NCBI RefSeq assembly: GCF_964355755.1
Contig: NC_092673.1
Location: forward strand, 14,294,948 to 14,358,947
From: Antedon mediterranea
Lineage: Eukaryota > Animalia > Echinodermata
Length of the DNA stretch: 64,000 nucleotides
Reading direction: 5' to 3'
The notes under the pieces were generated by a model. The model was not told where the DNA came from and made no database searches. It saw only the letters and a program-made list of their open reading frames with translations. Below are positions 37,560 through 51,067 of this stretch, in pieces. The translations under genes and the position numbers were made by a program. How positions within the stretch are numbered: position 1 is the stretch's first letter; every line of letters begins with the position of its first letter.

Positions 37560-39745
37560 CCAATAGGTAAAGGGAGTCAAAGGCCATTCAATGCTCTCTC
37601 TCCTTAACGGTGTCGATGTTTCAACTCATGTGCTAGTCGATTATTTACATGGAATTTGTATTTAAATAAATCTCAAGACTATTTGGTTACCAATACATTT
37701 ATTGAGCAATACTATTGTCAAATAGTCTTGAGATTTATCTATGAACAAAAGGTATAGATATGCCTATATCAATATACACTCCATACGCTAGTACATAGGT
37801 GTCATAATGGCAATCAATTAATATGCATAGGTTATTCTCTAGTATTGGAGTGAAGAAGAGCCTAGTTGGTTTATGGATGTCGAACAAAAATAAACCATAT
37901 TATATTGGAAATAGAATGACTGAAATTGATGCACGAATGGTTGCTATAAAACCAAACCGACCGATCTCCAAGGCCCTTCACTGGGAATTTAGCAGATTTT
38001 AAAGGTGAAAAATAAATTTAGTTTAATAGTTTTCATCAGGTCAAACTCAATTAAACAATATTTTGATAGCAGCAAAACACAACATTCATATATTAAGAAA
38101 ATATTTATTTAAAAAAACAGAAATAGAAAAAAAAGATAAATGTGTACATTTAAACGATGGGTAGGATACATTTTTAAAAGATTAGATATATAAGCGATTT
38201 TATACAGGAAATGTTATCTTGTATTGAATTTGTTTTAGGAATCCAATTAGAGATTAAAATACTTGTCTCATAAGATTCATAAATAAACATTAAAACAATA
38301 TCACAAGCAAAAGTAAGCATACTTATTAAAAATATAAACTTTCATCTTCTATGATTTATTTTTGTTTTTTCAATTAATGGTAAAACACGGCACTCTGTAT
38401 TGTTCTTATCTAGCTTCAGAATTTCGGTCAGTTTTATTATATTATGGCGTGGTTGTTTTGAAAGAGATCTTGCCTGATGATTACTTCGCTCATTTTTCAA
38501 TGATGTCAATTGCTATACATATTCATCTCAAAGAAGAAATATCTACCGAGGAATTAGAGGAAGCAAGTAGTTTGCTAAACCGGTTTTATGGACTTTTTGC
38601 GATTTACTATGGTACGCTACATACAGTACAGTATAAATATTTTATTTAATACAAATACGATTTGATAGACCTTGAATAGGCTGACAAAAAAAAGTCACTA
38701 CATATTGTGCGCTAGGCTTCAAATACTAGCCAAAGAATACCGTGCACAACTTCATTTTTTGCTTTGTTGTTTTTATTATTACTATGTTTTAACAGTGTAT
38801 TTTCGCGAGCATTTTACTCTTAACACTTTCACCGCCAAAGACGGAAATCTCCGTCTTTCAATGCCCAGCGCCAGACCGCCAAAGACGGAAATTTCCGTCT
38901 TTGGCTTTTTATTGCACAATTTGTTAGATCAGGTATATGGACCGCATGTAGAAATTTCAACATCCAAATCGATCTGGACCGCAAATATTTTGATACTTTA
39001 TTAACCCTAGTGCCATTGACCCCAGCTGGCCTACATCGTGTCCTATCCGTAAACAACATAATGTGCTTACTGCGGATGAAGCAATTGCAGAAATATTTGC
39101 CGACTCTGACTCTGAAAATGAATATTTATTATCCCCAGATGATGAAGGTATATTTGTACCTAAATCTGGTTTATAAAATGTAATAAATAATTGGAGATAA
39201 TTTAGCTAGCCTGCCCTAGGCTAGTTTGTAGAATAGGTTGAGAATCGTGACACTGACAGACGGTGCAGCCGGGCTAAAATCCTCATTATCTCTTCTTTGT
39301 TCTCCGATTGAGCCTAAAGTGCTAAAAGTGAGCCAAGTTCTTTGTACAATTATGTGGTATTACAGTTTTATTTCAATAAAGTGTTTGGTACCATTGGAAA
39401 GTTTATTTCTATCTCATTATTTGAGTGTATATTGCATGTTATTCTGATTACAAACACCTTTGCTATGAGCTTTGAAAAACAGGTAAATTTAACTAAAATG
39501 GCTGGCGGTGAGGGGTACTTCCTGTATTGAATGCCTGGCGGTGAAAGTGTTAATTATACTGTACACTGTTATCTATATCTTAGGTGAAGAAAACTGTCCA
39601 CTAAACCTTCACAACATGTGCAAGCATCTTGTACATTGTGTGCGGTTAGGTGAACCACTTTGGGCATTTGGCTGTTTTACTTTTGAAAGTAATTGTGGCC
39701 AAATGGCGAAATTTGTTAGAGGCACACATGATGTAGGAATGCAGG
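37560..39745 (+). mobile_element. CMC/EnSpm transposase remnant, family B, with introns
   Basis: GVKGHS...VDYLHGIC (~37573-37660), YIGNRMTEIDARM (~37902-37940), ASEFRSVLLYYGVVVLKEILP (38413-38612), NLHNMCKHLVHCV...PLWAFGCFTFESNCG (39583-39744). Confidence 0.88.
38824..39549 (+). mobile_element. Non-autonomous piggyBac element inside an EnSpm intron
   Basis: TTAA TSD (38820-38823, 39550-39553). 14-bp TIR cactttcaccgcca / tggcggtgaaagtg. Acidic N-terminal remnant DEAIAEIFADSDSENE. Confidence 0.9.
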
Positions 39746-40759
39746 TACAGTATGTCATATGAAAATGAATGCTAAATTAATTAAGTTTACGAAACTCCTC
39801 GATTATTTTGAAGCATTAAAAAATAGGCTTATACTAAGTAACACTATTTGTTTATTTTTTATAAAACTTGCAATATACATTTCCTCTGTGTAAACTACAG
39901 ATTCTATTCTATTAGGCCTAATGCTATTAATGTATTTGTTGTGATCTATTTCATTTACCTTGGATATCTTCTACTACTACTATTATTTGCAGAGAAAAAA
40001 TTGATGAGAAGAGTTATAAATCTGTATCAATCAGACAGAAAGGTATGTTTAGTTACATTTTTCTCTGGCAATCATTAATTTTGTTTCCAATTACATTTCC
40101 AAAGAGGATAGAAGCCCAATGCTGTTGCGTGGTCAGTAGTCCATACAAATTGCCTGAAGAATTACATAAACATAAAGGCCATCTTCTGACGACGTAAACC
40201 AACCCCAACGAAAAAGTCTACGTGTTGCTAGACAGCAAAAAACAATGTGTATTTTCTGTGACATAGAAATAATAAATTATTTTGATGAGTATATCACAAG
40301 TCCTAACTAACAGGTAACAATCTGTTTACTGTTATTGAATTATCAAAATTGTACTTGTTTTTTCAGGTAATGCTGTACATTTTAAGATACAGTACATACC
40401 TACATGCATGATCAAAGTGATGGTAAACACTAAAGATACAGTTAGTAGGTCTGGACAAATGCGGGGATTCCAAATTAGCAGACGTTTTAATGGACTTCTG
40501 GTAGGTATCCTGTGTTGGCTGGAGGAGGGTAGAAGCCACTCGCTCGCCCGGATCTTCGTTGTGGGTCAGTCGGCCTAGCCTACTATTTACTACTATGCCA
40601 GCCTACACTATAGGCCTAGAATAGGGTAGTCCTAGCCTAGCAATCTAACAATACCTAGGCCCTAATTTATAAGTACTGTAAGTAGAAATGATGAAACTGC
40701 AGGACCGACTGGGCAGATGGGGGCAGATAGATAGTTCAATACTCAGGGGTGACGCGGGG

Positions 40760-43700
40760 GGGGGGGGGATAAATTCCCCTGAGGGGAGTGGAGCGAGCAT
40801 CACTTGGCTGGGGGCCAGGGGGCCGCCAAGGGCCCCTGGTGGGGGTCCAAGGTGGGGGGGGGGGATCCCCGGAAGCAACGCGTTATAGCCAAAGATCTTA
40901 TATACTAAAGATGTGACACTACCCGCGTTTACGCATAACACTTTAGAAGCGTCAAATTATAGTGCGCCCCCTCGCTTAAACAAGTAACGAACTTTTGCGT
41001 GACGATCGCAGTATTCTTTAGGGATTGAGTATTCGCGCCAAAGTTTGTATGGTTAACAAACAATGAATTAAAAGAGAAAAAGTGGAGGGATGTACTGTGC
41101 TGCAATTAATTGTAAAAGCAATTCAAAGGCCAACCCAGAACTTAAGTTTTACAATTTTCCCAAAGACAAGAACAAGTAAATTTATGTAATTAAATAAGTA
41201 GCCTACATCTTAACATATGCTATGTAGGGACTAACCTTACTTTACTGTATTCAATTTATACATATTAATAAACTAGGCTAGGTAGGCCTATTATTAATAA
41301 TTATTATTTAAACGTAGGTATGAAATGATTACCGGTATTATTATCAGGCTACTACTAGTAGTACATTAATTATATAACAGTGAACTTACACTAATTTCTT
41401 CACTGTTCCCTGGTTATATTACTTTATCCTTTAAAATTTAGTACTGTACCTTAAACAACTTTTAAAACTTTCAATTCAAGAAACATTTATTGACCAAATA
41501 TTATATCATTACAATTGTTGGCATATAAGTAAAAATTTGGTCGAAAGACTACAAGAAGCCCAATTGGCATGTCGCTGTAGTCCCCCTTTTTACATTATAC
41601 AAATAATAATAATACTTAATATAAACAAATTGTGATCTTAATTATTTCATGCTTTCCGTCTCATGGTTAATATTTGCTTTCTGTCTCATGGTTATTTTAT
41701 TTTTTATTTGTTTAATTTAACTAGCCGTTACGTACATTACAGTATATTAACGCATGGAATGATTATTATTATCATTATTAGGCTAGGACATTAGTTATAA
41801 TAACAGTGAAATTACACTATTTTTATTGTTCCCTGGTTATATTACTTATCCGTTGAGTAGCCCTAACAAAAAATTTTTAATTGCATCTTATACTTAATAT
41901 TTATGAAATTCAACCGTTAGTTAGTGGTTTTAGGTTAGGCTTAAGTATTTGACTTTAGGCCCTAACCAATTTGAAAATCAATTAGCATGCACGCAGACGT
42001 CCTATAATTACGTAAACGTTAATTATGATAAAGCAAAAACTCACTAGACAATTATTAATTTACAGGTGTGCAAAATTGGCCCAGAACACACGACGTGCGG
42101 ATTTGAGAAGGAAACCAAGTTCTTATTTACACCGTAATTGCCACTTGTGCAATATTCATTTTGAACAATCTCAAATACTGATGGTCACAGGCAGACTAAA
42201 TCAAGATTGCATTGAGAACTTATTTTCTAGAGGGAGAGGGGGTCATCGCTATAACCCGATGGTAGATGAATTTAGAGCCTCCCTGAAGGAAGTTATGTTC
42301 AACAGGATGTTGTTCCGTTAGGGGAATTCGAATTGCCTAGAAGACACTGATCGACAGTACAGCTAAATGGAATTGATGCAAATGCAATAATGATGGCCCA
42401 ATCATCATCATCATCAACGCCACAATCGCATCATGTTGCCGATCAAGAAGACAACGATGCGACCACTGACGACGACTGCTGCTTAGAAGACTTTGAGATG
42501 ACTCTACTTATACTTTAGTATAATTATGTAGCCGGTTACGTCGTCAAGAAAGTAAGTAAGTGTAAAGCACAACTGCGATATCTGTAACAGTGCGATGCGA
42601 GAAACCAATTGAAAACTGGAAGACCCAAAGCAGTTCCTAACACATTTTAAGTCTTATATGCCCATCAACCAGTACCGACTTCGGAGGATTAATTATGCCT
42701 ACTGACAATGTAGTTAATGTCCTAACTTTAACAAATAGTTACATACATCAAACATCATCAGAAAAATAAAGTTAGAAATCGGCGCTACCATGTTACATAG
42801 ATTTGGTATGAAGTTGAATGTTTGTTCACCAGCAATTGAAACATTGCTAATTGAAACATAAGTAAACCTAGTCCTACGCATATTCTATGCTGTTAAATTC
42901 TTCAACAGAGACATAATCAGAAGAAGAGTAACAAATTTACATTTCTGAGGCATGGTAAAGTTGTAGGAGGTCTGTACGCGCCCCGGTCTGTGCATTATCG
43001 GCTAGAAATGATGATCATTACGACGGTCTGGTATGATGAATAATTGTAAATATGATGATTTTATTTCAATGTTTCTACATTTTTTATATTTCCTCTCGGT
43101 GGCCCGTGCATCATTTCGCAATAGTTATTGAGTTAATTTTAAACTGAGACTACTATAACATAAAACTAATTGTTATCTCAGGTTTTAAATAAATTATAAT
43201 AATAAATGAATGTCATGGCGAATGATGGGTACATAATACAGTAGGCCTAGTATGAATTGTCTCAGAATTGACTATCATAATCTGTTTCATACCATGCCTG
43301 TAGGCTTAAGCCTATGATTGTTTATAAATATATTCCGAAAAATTACTGCAATAAAATAGTCGAAGTAGTGATTTTAAAAAGTGACTTCTTGTTCTTTTTT
43401 AATTGTTTATAAAAACACATTATTTGACTAATATATTTTCCTAATCTGCACTGTTTTTCTGCTGGATGAAAAAGAACACATCAACAACAAAAACGGAATA
43501 CGATGCGCTTAGTGTTAATACCAGAGGGACCGACTAGCATAAATAAGTAGTAGTGCGGATGTGAGTGATGATTACTCCTAGATGATGATTTTGAGGATGA
43601 TGATAAACATTCAATAATAACAACAATATTCAGTAATTAAAACAAATAAAGATATACAAAGTACAGGAAATAAGTCTATCATTATAATTTAATCGCACAT

Positions 43701-45090
43701 TACCGCAATTATTGTGATGAAAAAAAATGAGTATTCAGTTACAATACAGTAGACATATCTGATCCATAAATCTACTTGTTTGAGCGAGAGGGCGCCCTAT
43801 AAAATGAGCTCCATGTGTGTTACAAGAATTGCACGTAAAATTCCGAGAGTGTCCCATCTTTATATATAAGATCTTTGTTATAGCGTAATTTGAGGCCGTT
43901 TTAATCAAATTTAGGGTAGCCAATTTTTTTCAATTTTGTATGGTACATAAATAAAATACTGTTCGAAAAACACATTGCAAGAGGTCCGGTATGATGACTG
44001 TGTAAATCCATTCTTTCAAATTTAAAAATGAAGTTTTTAAAGTTCAATATGCCTATCATAGAAAATATACGCGAACGTAAAACCTACCCACGGGCCAAGA
44101 GGTATATTGTTATAATCGCAGAGACGTAGGCAGGTTGCTGTCTGGGGGTGCGAAAATTGTAAATGCGCAAGATATCCATGGTCTGATCTGTAAGAAAATT
44201 TTGAAAAATAGGGCTGCTAGGTTCCCGGAAATTGCAATTATACATTGATATATAAAACGAAATTACAAGTCTATCAGAGAACAAGCTCACCGAGGTTGAG
44301 ATGGAGCTAAGGACATTTAAACAACTAGAGTTGTTAGGTCCCCGGATATTGGATTATAGTATTTCGAAAAAAAGAAACAAAATATATAAGGCTCCAGGAC
44401 CAGCGCCCTACCATTAAGGTTGAGCTGCTAAGAAAATTGTGAAAAATAGACCTGCTAGGTACCTGGAAATTGCACTTATATAGGCCCATATTGATAAATG
44501 AAACGAAATTATAAGTCTACAGAACCAGAGCTAAGAAAATTGTCAAAAATAGAGCTGCTAGGTCCTGCAAAACATTGAAATATGAAACAAAATTATAGGT
44601 CCAGCCCACCATGGTTGGGGTTGGAGCTAAGAACATTCTGAAAAATAGAGTTACTAGGTCCCGGAAATTTAACTTATTATACTTCGAAGCATAAAACAAG
44701 ATAATACCGGTACGTCTCCAGAACCAGCCCTACCATATAGATAGATATAAAAAAAAAATGAAAAAATAGAGCTCTAGGTTCAATGCACTGACTGTATATT
44801 GTACATCGAAATATGAAACAAAATGTACGGTAAGTATACATGACCAGCTCTATAATTGGGGACGGTTGAGCTAAGACAATTTTGAAAACTAGAGATGCAG
44901 GTCTTCAAAAATTACACCTATACTTAAAAAAAATTCAGACATAGAGGCCTAAACAAGTTACCATTTTTACCTTTTATTTGGAGGGGAATGCGTCCACAAG
45001 CGTAGACCATTTTCCGTCGGAGAAATCAGTTTATTTCCCAGATGTGAATCTGGAATTTCGATGTACGAGCAGTTCATGACATACAGGACA
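40760..45090 (-). mobile_element. Inverted copy of the 32741-33520 MITE family, split by the P element, with expanded degenerate ~110-120-bp repeats
   Basis: Joining 40889 to 43885 restores the reverse complement of 33350-33440. 44150-45090 matches 32865-33250 in reverse and repeats ctaagaaaatt..gaaaaatag..ctgctaggt.c.ggaaatt about 6-7 times. Non-coding, so strand is only relative to the other copy. Confidence 0.75.
40890..43877 (+). mobile_element. Internally deleted P element (THAP domain fused to transposase C-terminus)
   Basis: ~30-bp TIRs caaagatcttatatactaaagatgtgacact / agtgtcccatctttatatataagatctttg. 7-bp TSD ttatagc (40883-40889, 43878-43884). THAP YCAAINCKSN...FYNFPKD, intron, LCNIHFEQ, joined to TGRLNQDCIENLFS..RGG; then YVAGYVVKK..CDIC. 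Confidence 0.93.
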
Positions 45091-45189
45091 TTGGAAATGT
45101 AATAACTTAGCTATAATAAGATGTTGGCTAAACGAAAATGGTATGTTTTTTGTTTAGTAATGTAGGCCGAGCCTACAGTGAAAAGCGTC

Positions 45190-45480
45190 TATTTCAGGTT
45201 CAGGTAATCGTAAATTAAGAAATTGAACATACGAACAATAAAATAGATCGCGAAGATAATTCGTACCCTTTTGCTGTCGATACACAGTACACGACGTAAT
45301 GCGTCAGTAAACTTCGCCTGGAAAGTAACTACAGTACACATTCTGGTCCCTGGGTGGAACATGATATCACGAGTAAACCGCAATGGGCCGGGCCCAATGT
45401 TAAACGATTCGTACAAAGGGACACCGCCAGACAAGTGCATACCTATTGTTTATTAGATCGCTGGCAATAATGCATGCATA
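45190..45480 (-). pseudogene. Possible Ulp1/C48-like cysteine protease fragment
   Basis: The minus strand reads TIGMHLSGGVPLYESF and, frameshifted, VYRQQKGTN..DLF. This loosely matches the TIG...LYDS...QQxG..CGLF pattern of TE-associated Ulp1-like ORFs. Catalytic residues not preserved. Confidence 0.3.
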
Positions 45481-45762
45481 ATAAAGTGTAATAGCCCTCC
45501 GACGTACTTAACAAAAATGGAACTTCGCGGTTTTCTAGTCGCTGAAGCTACAAAGTGAACGCGAATGATTTTTACTTTATAATTATAGTACTCGCATTCC
45601 CCGACGTGGGGGCTACACATATCAGATAAATACAATTTTAATAAAAAGCAATCAAATACTTGGGCCTAATTAATATACAACTCTTAATTAAATTATGTTC
45701 CATGTAATTTGATCTTAATTTAAAAGCACTATATTTCAAAGAATGTTACGATACTAATTGAT

Positions 45763-45813
45763 GTGAAGCGCCGCTGATTATAATTAAATGTTGTATAAAT
45801 GTGCGCTATACAA

Positions 45814-45848
<35 letters not shown>
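45763..45848 (+). mobile_element. L2/SINE-type 3' terminus with (TAA)n tail
   Basis: gtgaagcgc...gcgctatacaag followed by (taa)n at ~45814-45848. Confidence 0.55.
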
Positions 45849-47129
45849 TTAATATCATTGTATTTTTACTTTTGACGCTGACAGGTATGTGAACAAAACC
45901 ATCTCGTACATCGCTAGTATTCACAACCAAAGTTCAAGAACATTTATTTGGGGATTTTGTTTTAAGTTACAACATTTTACTGAGCGGTAATAACTTCAGT
46001 ACGGTTATTTTCTTTTTGTAATTGGGGTTTCGTTTCATTATCAACCCATCACAGAATCCAATCACTATACATGTCCATCAATTGAATAATTTTGGAACAA
46101 GACCAAGGACTCCGCAATTGCCAAAGTCAGAGCTAAGTAGTGCTCGTGCATCTTATGAAAACTACTGCCATTATTAAAATGCACATTGCAAGACTGAAAT
46201 ATTATATACATGATGTGTGCATAAATATAATATATTTACTGTATATTATTATGTAATGAGTGTTATTTGTCGTCCAATGTTGTATACAGTACTCATAATA
46301 GGCCTAGATCTTAAATTATACAGTATTAAAATAAAATAATCATGGGTTAATAAAATTAATTTATCTTACAATTTATTTAAGGGCTATCCAAGAAGATACT
46401 GTAATAAAAAAACATTTATTTTAGATTAATAAATTAGGAAATACATTTAATAGGTCTCCAACTTGCCTAAGAGTAACAGTGGTAGCAGGTCTAGAAGGCT
46501 AATGTAGTGAGAGTGAGTGGCTGCCCATACGTAAGTAGGCTATTATTTATATTCAATCCTATATGAAATACATCTCTGGCTGGCACAAATATGAAATAGG
46601 CCTTAACCTAAAAAGTTGGCTTAGGCCTAGAAAAAAGCTTCCTTAGGTTTGGTCTACACGCACAACATAAGGAGGGTGGCCGACTGCCATGGCTGAAGGC
46701 TAGCCCTACACAGACTGTGCCCGCCTTCTCTATTATGTAAGATACGCCATCCAGAATAGACAGGTCTAGAGAGAGAGAGAGAGGCATACACCAGTTAATC
46801 GGTATTTTTGTTTGCATTAAAATTCACTGACTTGTGAACTACCATAAAACTACATCAGCAGCTTGCCTTAATCTTAATATTAGAAGCAATAATGGTGTGA
46901 ACTTATGGTGATGGTGAGAATTTATAATAAGGCCTAATAGGCCTACCCATTTAAACTAGTCCCCTAGGTAGGGACTTGCACATATTTTTCAATGTATCTA
47001 TTTGTGCTTGAAATGTTTTAGACTGGAAGAATGCTGTATTTGAAGCATTTTTAACTTTAGATGAAAAAAATTGACAAAGAAATTAAAAAGTTACGAATAT
47101 TTATGTATGTATTAAATTTGATACTTTAA

Positions 47130-47910
47130 TTATCCGTGTAGGAATTAGTAAAATAAGCGCAATAGCCATAAAGGTGGCGGATGCTATCGAGGGAAAACTC
47201 CAACCAGTATATATGGCCCCACCTACTAAAGATAAATGGGCCGACATATCAGCCGATTTTGAAAGACGGTGGAATTTTCCACAACTGCATCGGAGCCATT
47301 GACAGGAAGCTAGTTTATTAATCAAAGCCCCTGGCAATTCTGGTTCCCTATTTTACAACTACAAAAGAACCTACTTCATTGTGTTAATGGCCTTAATAGA
47401 TGCCAATTACAATTTCATCTGTGTAGACGTTGGCAACTATGGTTCTAGCAATGATGGAGGTATTTTATCTAAAATGCAATTAAAAATTGCTTTAGAAGAA
47501 AATATTACCACCTAAAGTTTTACAGTACCAGATATGCCAGAGTTGGATCCAGTGCCCCATGTGATTGTAGGGGACAAACGTCATGAGACCATACCCAGGT
47601 AATAAGACACTGATTTAAATTTTGTTTATTGTGGTGGCAGGTCTAAAAAAATATATTTTTTTTATTATAAAGACTTTTTTGACACCAACACATCATAAAG
47701 AATTATTATAACTATAATGTATATTTCAGGTAAAAAGAACTTGACAGAAAGAAAAGGATTTATAACTACCAAATAGGCGAATCTCAGAAAATGTTTTTGG
47801 CATCCTGACCAACAAGTTTCGAATATTCCATCTTAAGTTGGAGCTGAAGACGGCCAATGTGGATAAAGTTACTGTGTGCAACAATCCTGCATAATTTTAT
47901 ACGCAAAACG
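47130..47910 (+). mobile_element. PIF/Harbinger DDE transposase remnant (HARBI1-like)
   Basis: WADISADFERRWNFP, CIGAID, IKAPGNSGSLFYNYK, IVLMALIDANYNFICVDVGNYGSSNDGGI, VIVGD, MRPYPG, ENVFGILTNKFRIF. Confidence 0.93.
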
Positions 47911-47919
47911 GGATTAAAC

Positions 47920-48092
47920 AGTGGAAACACGTGCAGAGTCTAGCAGATGTTTTTTTGGAAACAATGGACGAGTGAGTATTTATCTACTCTTCAGACTCGC
48001 AGAAAGTGGCTCAGTAAGGAACTAAATGTAATTGTAAAGAATGGTGATGTGGTGCTATTGAAGGACATTCAAGTTCATCGTTTGAGGCTGGT
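47920..48092 (+). mobile_element. BEL/Pao LTR retrotransposon integrase C-terminal (DUF5641-like) fragment
   Basis: QWKHVQSLADVF / WKQWTSEYLSTLQTRRKW...GDVVLLKD. Confidence 0.85.
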
Positions 48093-48299
48093 TGGCTAGT
48101 TAACCACCTAGCCCCTAGTCTAGGCCTAGCCTACCCTGAATATAAGGCCTAGTAAAAGGTTTTTTATGACAGGAAATAGTATAATAAATTAAAATTTATC
48201 AATATTATTTATGCACAATTATATAATATCAAAACATGTTGCCTCTTTTTGATTGATTATATTAGGAAAAAAAATTAATATTTTACAATCTAATCTTCT

Positions 48300-49260
48300 A
48301 GCGGGAAGCAGTATGATCAATCGAAGCCAATCAAGCACGGATTTAAAATTAGGACACTCGCGGATTCCATCTCTGGTTATGTATACAACTTCGCTGTTTA
48401 TATGGGACGATTTGGCAATCCAGACCACCGCGATCTCGAACGTAGAGCAATTCTGAACCTCATCACTCCAGACCTTCACAACCTCAACTACAGATTGTAC
48501 TGCGACCGCTTTTTTACATCGATGCCACTTACAATAAATCGGGATATATTGCTGCGGAACTGTTATATGCGATCGACAAGAATATTCACCATCACTCAAA
48601 CAACATGAAAACAAACTTGGAGCGTGGAGAATTTCATTTCGCGAAACATGACGACGGGATGTGTGGATATGCGTGGAAGGACAAAAAGCTAATCTACTTT
48701 CTGAGCAGCGCACATTCAGGAGATCTACCCCTAACGGCCGTGATGCGTAATATAGATATCCGCGGAAATCGTACCAACATACCATGCCCACAAGCCACCG
48801 CAGACTACAACAAATACATGGGAGGGGAGATCATGCAGATCAAATCAAGTCGTACTATGCAGTCAACAGGAAATCGCGTCGCTGGTATATGCGTCTCTTT
48901 TGGCAATCATTCGACACTTCCATATCCAACGCCTTCATTCTACATACAGAAACGCGACCTGCCGCAGAAAGACATTCACAAATCCAATTTCGCTATAAAA
49001 GCTCACGGAAGAATTAATCGGAGGTTACAGCTCACGAAGCACAATAGGACGTCCCCAAATAGCCCATCCTATACGCACAGACCCAGGTCACCAGCACACT
49101 CTCACCGACCTGAGGCCAGTATTTCCAAGGAAGCGTCGCTGTAGTGTATGTCTTCAAAACAAAACAAGACATGAGACCTTCTATGGTTGTGCAAGTTGCA
49201 ACAACACACCACTGTGCAACCATGTTGGTCGAAACTGTTTCGAAATCCACCACAGAAACA
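48300..49260 (+). mobile_element. piggyBac transposase (PGBD4-like), C-terminal two thirds, frameshifted
   Basis: KQYDQSKPIKHGFKI..LADSISGYVYNFAVYMG, LYCDRFFTS, WKDKKLIYFLSS, DYNKYMGG/DHADQ, RWYMRLFW, and a Cys-rich tail RRCSVC...CASC...LC...CFEIHH. Confidence 0.95.
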
Positions 49261-49439
49261 TTGAAAACTGAACATTTCCCTCGCAGTTTTAGTTGGAAGC
49301 GTCTTCTTTTAGTGTTCAGAGGTCAGAGGGCTTGTGAGTTGATAGCTATTTTTAAAATGGTGAAACAGTCCGGCTTCTGAGTTAGAAGAACTGCTCCATC
49401 TTCAATTGTGAGTACAACACACTACAGCACACTTACAAC

Positions 49440-50656
49440 ATTGGGTCATGTTGAAGCCTACTCGTGGCGGCCCTGTTACGTCGTACTACACCTGATGAAC
49501 CTGTATGGCAAGCTAATTCAACATGAAGATGAATGTGAAAAGTCAATGGTGAACACTGAACATTTTATATAAAGTCATATAATATATTTGTTTATTTCTT
49601 TCAACTGTAGAATTTGGCATTGAAGGGATACATCTCATTGTAGAAAAACTCAATGAATCAATAACAGCTGCCAATGTATCTCAAGACGAGTTAGATCTGG
49701 AATGGAATCTCTTCAAGAAAAGAGGGGTATTTCTAAACCCCGCAAACCCCCAAAAAAACATAGCAAACCCAACCGAACCAACATAAAAGTGATTGAATTA
49801 TGTAGTATACAACCCACTTGGTATATCCATGTAAAAAAAAAATGAAATTTCTACTGTACATATTAAATCATCATTATATTAAAATTCCTAAAATATTTTT
49901 TCCACACTACCGAAATAAAAATAAATGTTCTGTTTCTTGGTAGAAAATCTTAAATCATTAATAATATTCTTGCAGGAGGCAATAGTAATAATAAATACAT
50001 AAATTAATTTGCTACACTTTCAGGTACAGCAATATTATCCAGGCCAAATGGGAAGAAATCATCCCTTCAATTAAAGAAGAACTTCCCAACATTTCTTTAA
50101 TGGACCTAGCAGTCCCAGCCAGCTCTTCTGAAGCTGAAAAAAGGGGCTTTAGCAGAATGAAACAGCTCAAAACTATATATAGGTCATGTCTTCAGGATGA
50201 TCGGGTCACTGACCAGATGGTCATAATGATGCAGTCTGGTAAAATTTCACAATATGATCTGCTACCTGCAATCAACTTGTGGAACAGTTTCAGTGGAGTT
50301 ATCAGAAGTACTGATAAAATGGAAGATGATTCACAAGACGAAGAGCAGGAATCAGATCATGAGGCAGACTTTAAAATGTATGACAGTGACAGTGACTTTT
50401 GAATTCTCTTTTGTGTGCAAAACAAATTTAAAATTTGAAAAAAGAAAATGTTATTAGTAAAACATAGTTGTTCATTGAGTTTTCTTATAAAAAGATCAAT
50501 TATCTTTAAATTGCTACTGCACTGTTATGCTGAGGGTCGAATGAGTATACTAAATGATTTATGTTTGGAAAAAATTAGTAAAAACTAGTAAAATAGTGTA
50601 TGGGCTAGTGAAATGCCCAGGGGGCTAGTAACATGAAAAAGATAAATCGAGCCCTG
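49440..50656 (+). mobile_element. hAT transposase 3' part (ZNF862-like) with right end
   Basis: LEWNLFKK (~49696-49720), PASSSEAEKRGFSRMKQLKT.YRSCL (50100-50402), gggctagt subterminal motifs and terminus tcgagccctg at 50647-50656. Confidence 0.85.
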
Positions 50657-51067
50657 GACCTTTATTCTCAGCCCACCGGACCAAATCTGGGCGCGATGTG
50701 AAAGCAGCTTAATTAAGGTCATCATTTAATAATGTGCTGTTAAAATCTATTTACAGAAAAGTTACTAATCATAGATTTATTTATTATAAAATATTAGATT
50801 TCAAATCATGGATAAATTTGTTATTTGTTTTATAAGTAAACCTTTATTATTAAATAATATTATATTAAACAAAATTCTAAAAATATTTACTAAACCATGC
50901 AATAGAACCATTGCTTGAAACATTACTTTACAATACAAGAGAACTAAATAATTAATCAACAGTATGGAATGGTAAAAAGATGTGTAATATTATTTAAAAG
51001 TTAACTGTAAATAAGTAAATTATGTAGGTAAAATATATATATTTCAAATTGCTGTTACCACAGACGT

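Noticed and set aside
40645-40941. Gly/Pro-rich ORFs (also 11186-11437 and 33389-33849) as collagen-like proteins
   Set aside because: They are translations of the GC-rich subterminal block of the hAT/MITE family.
48219-48791. 190-aa minus-strand ORF
   Set aside because: Shadow of the + strand piggyBac transposase.
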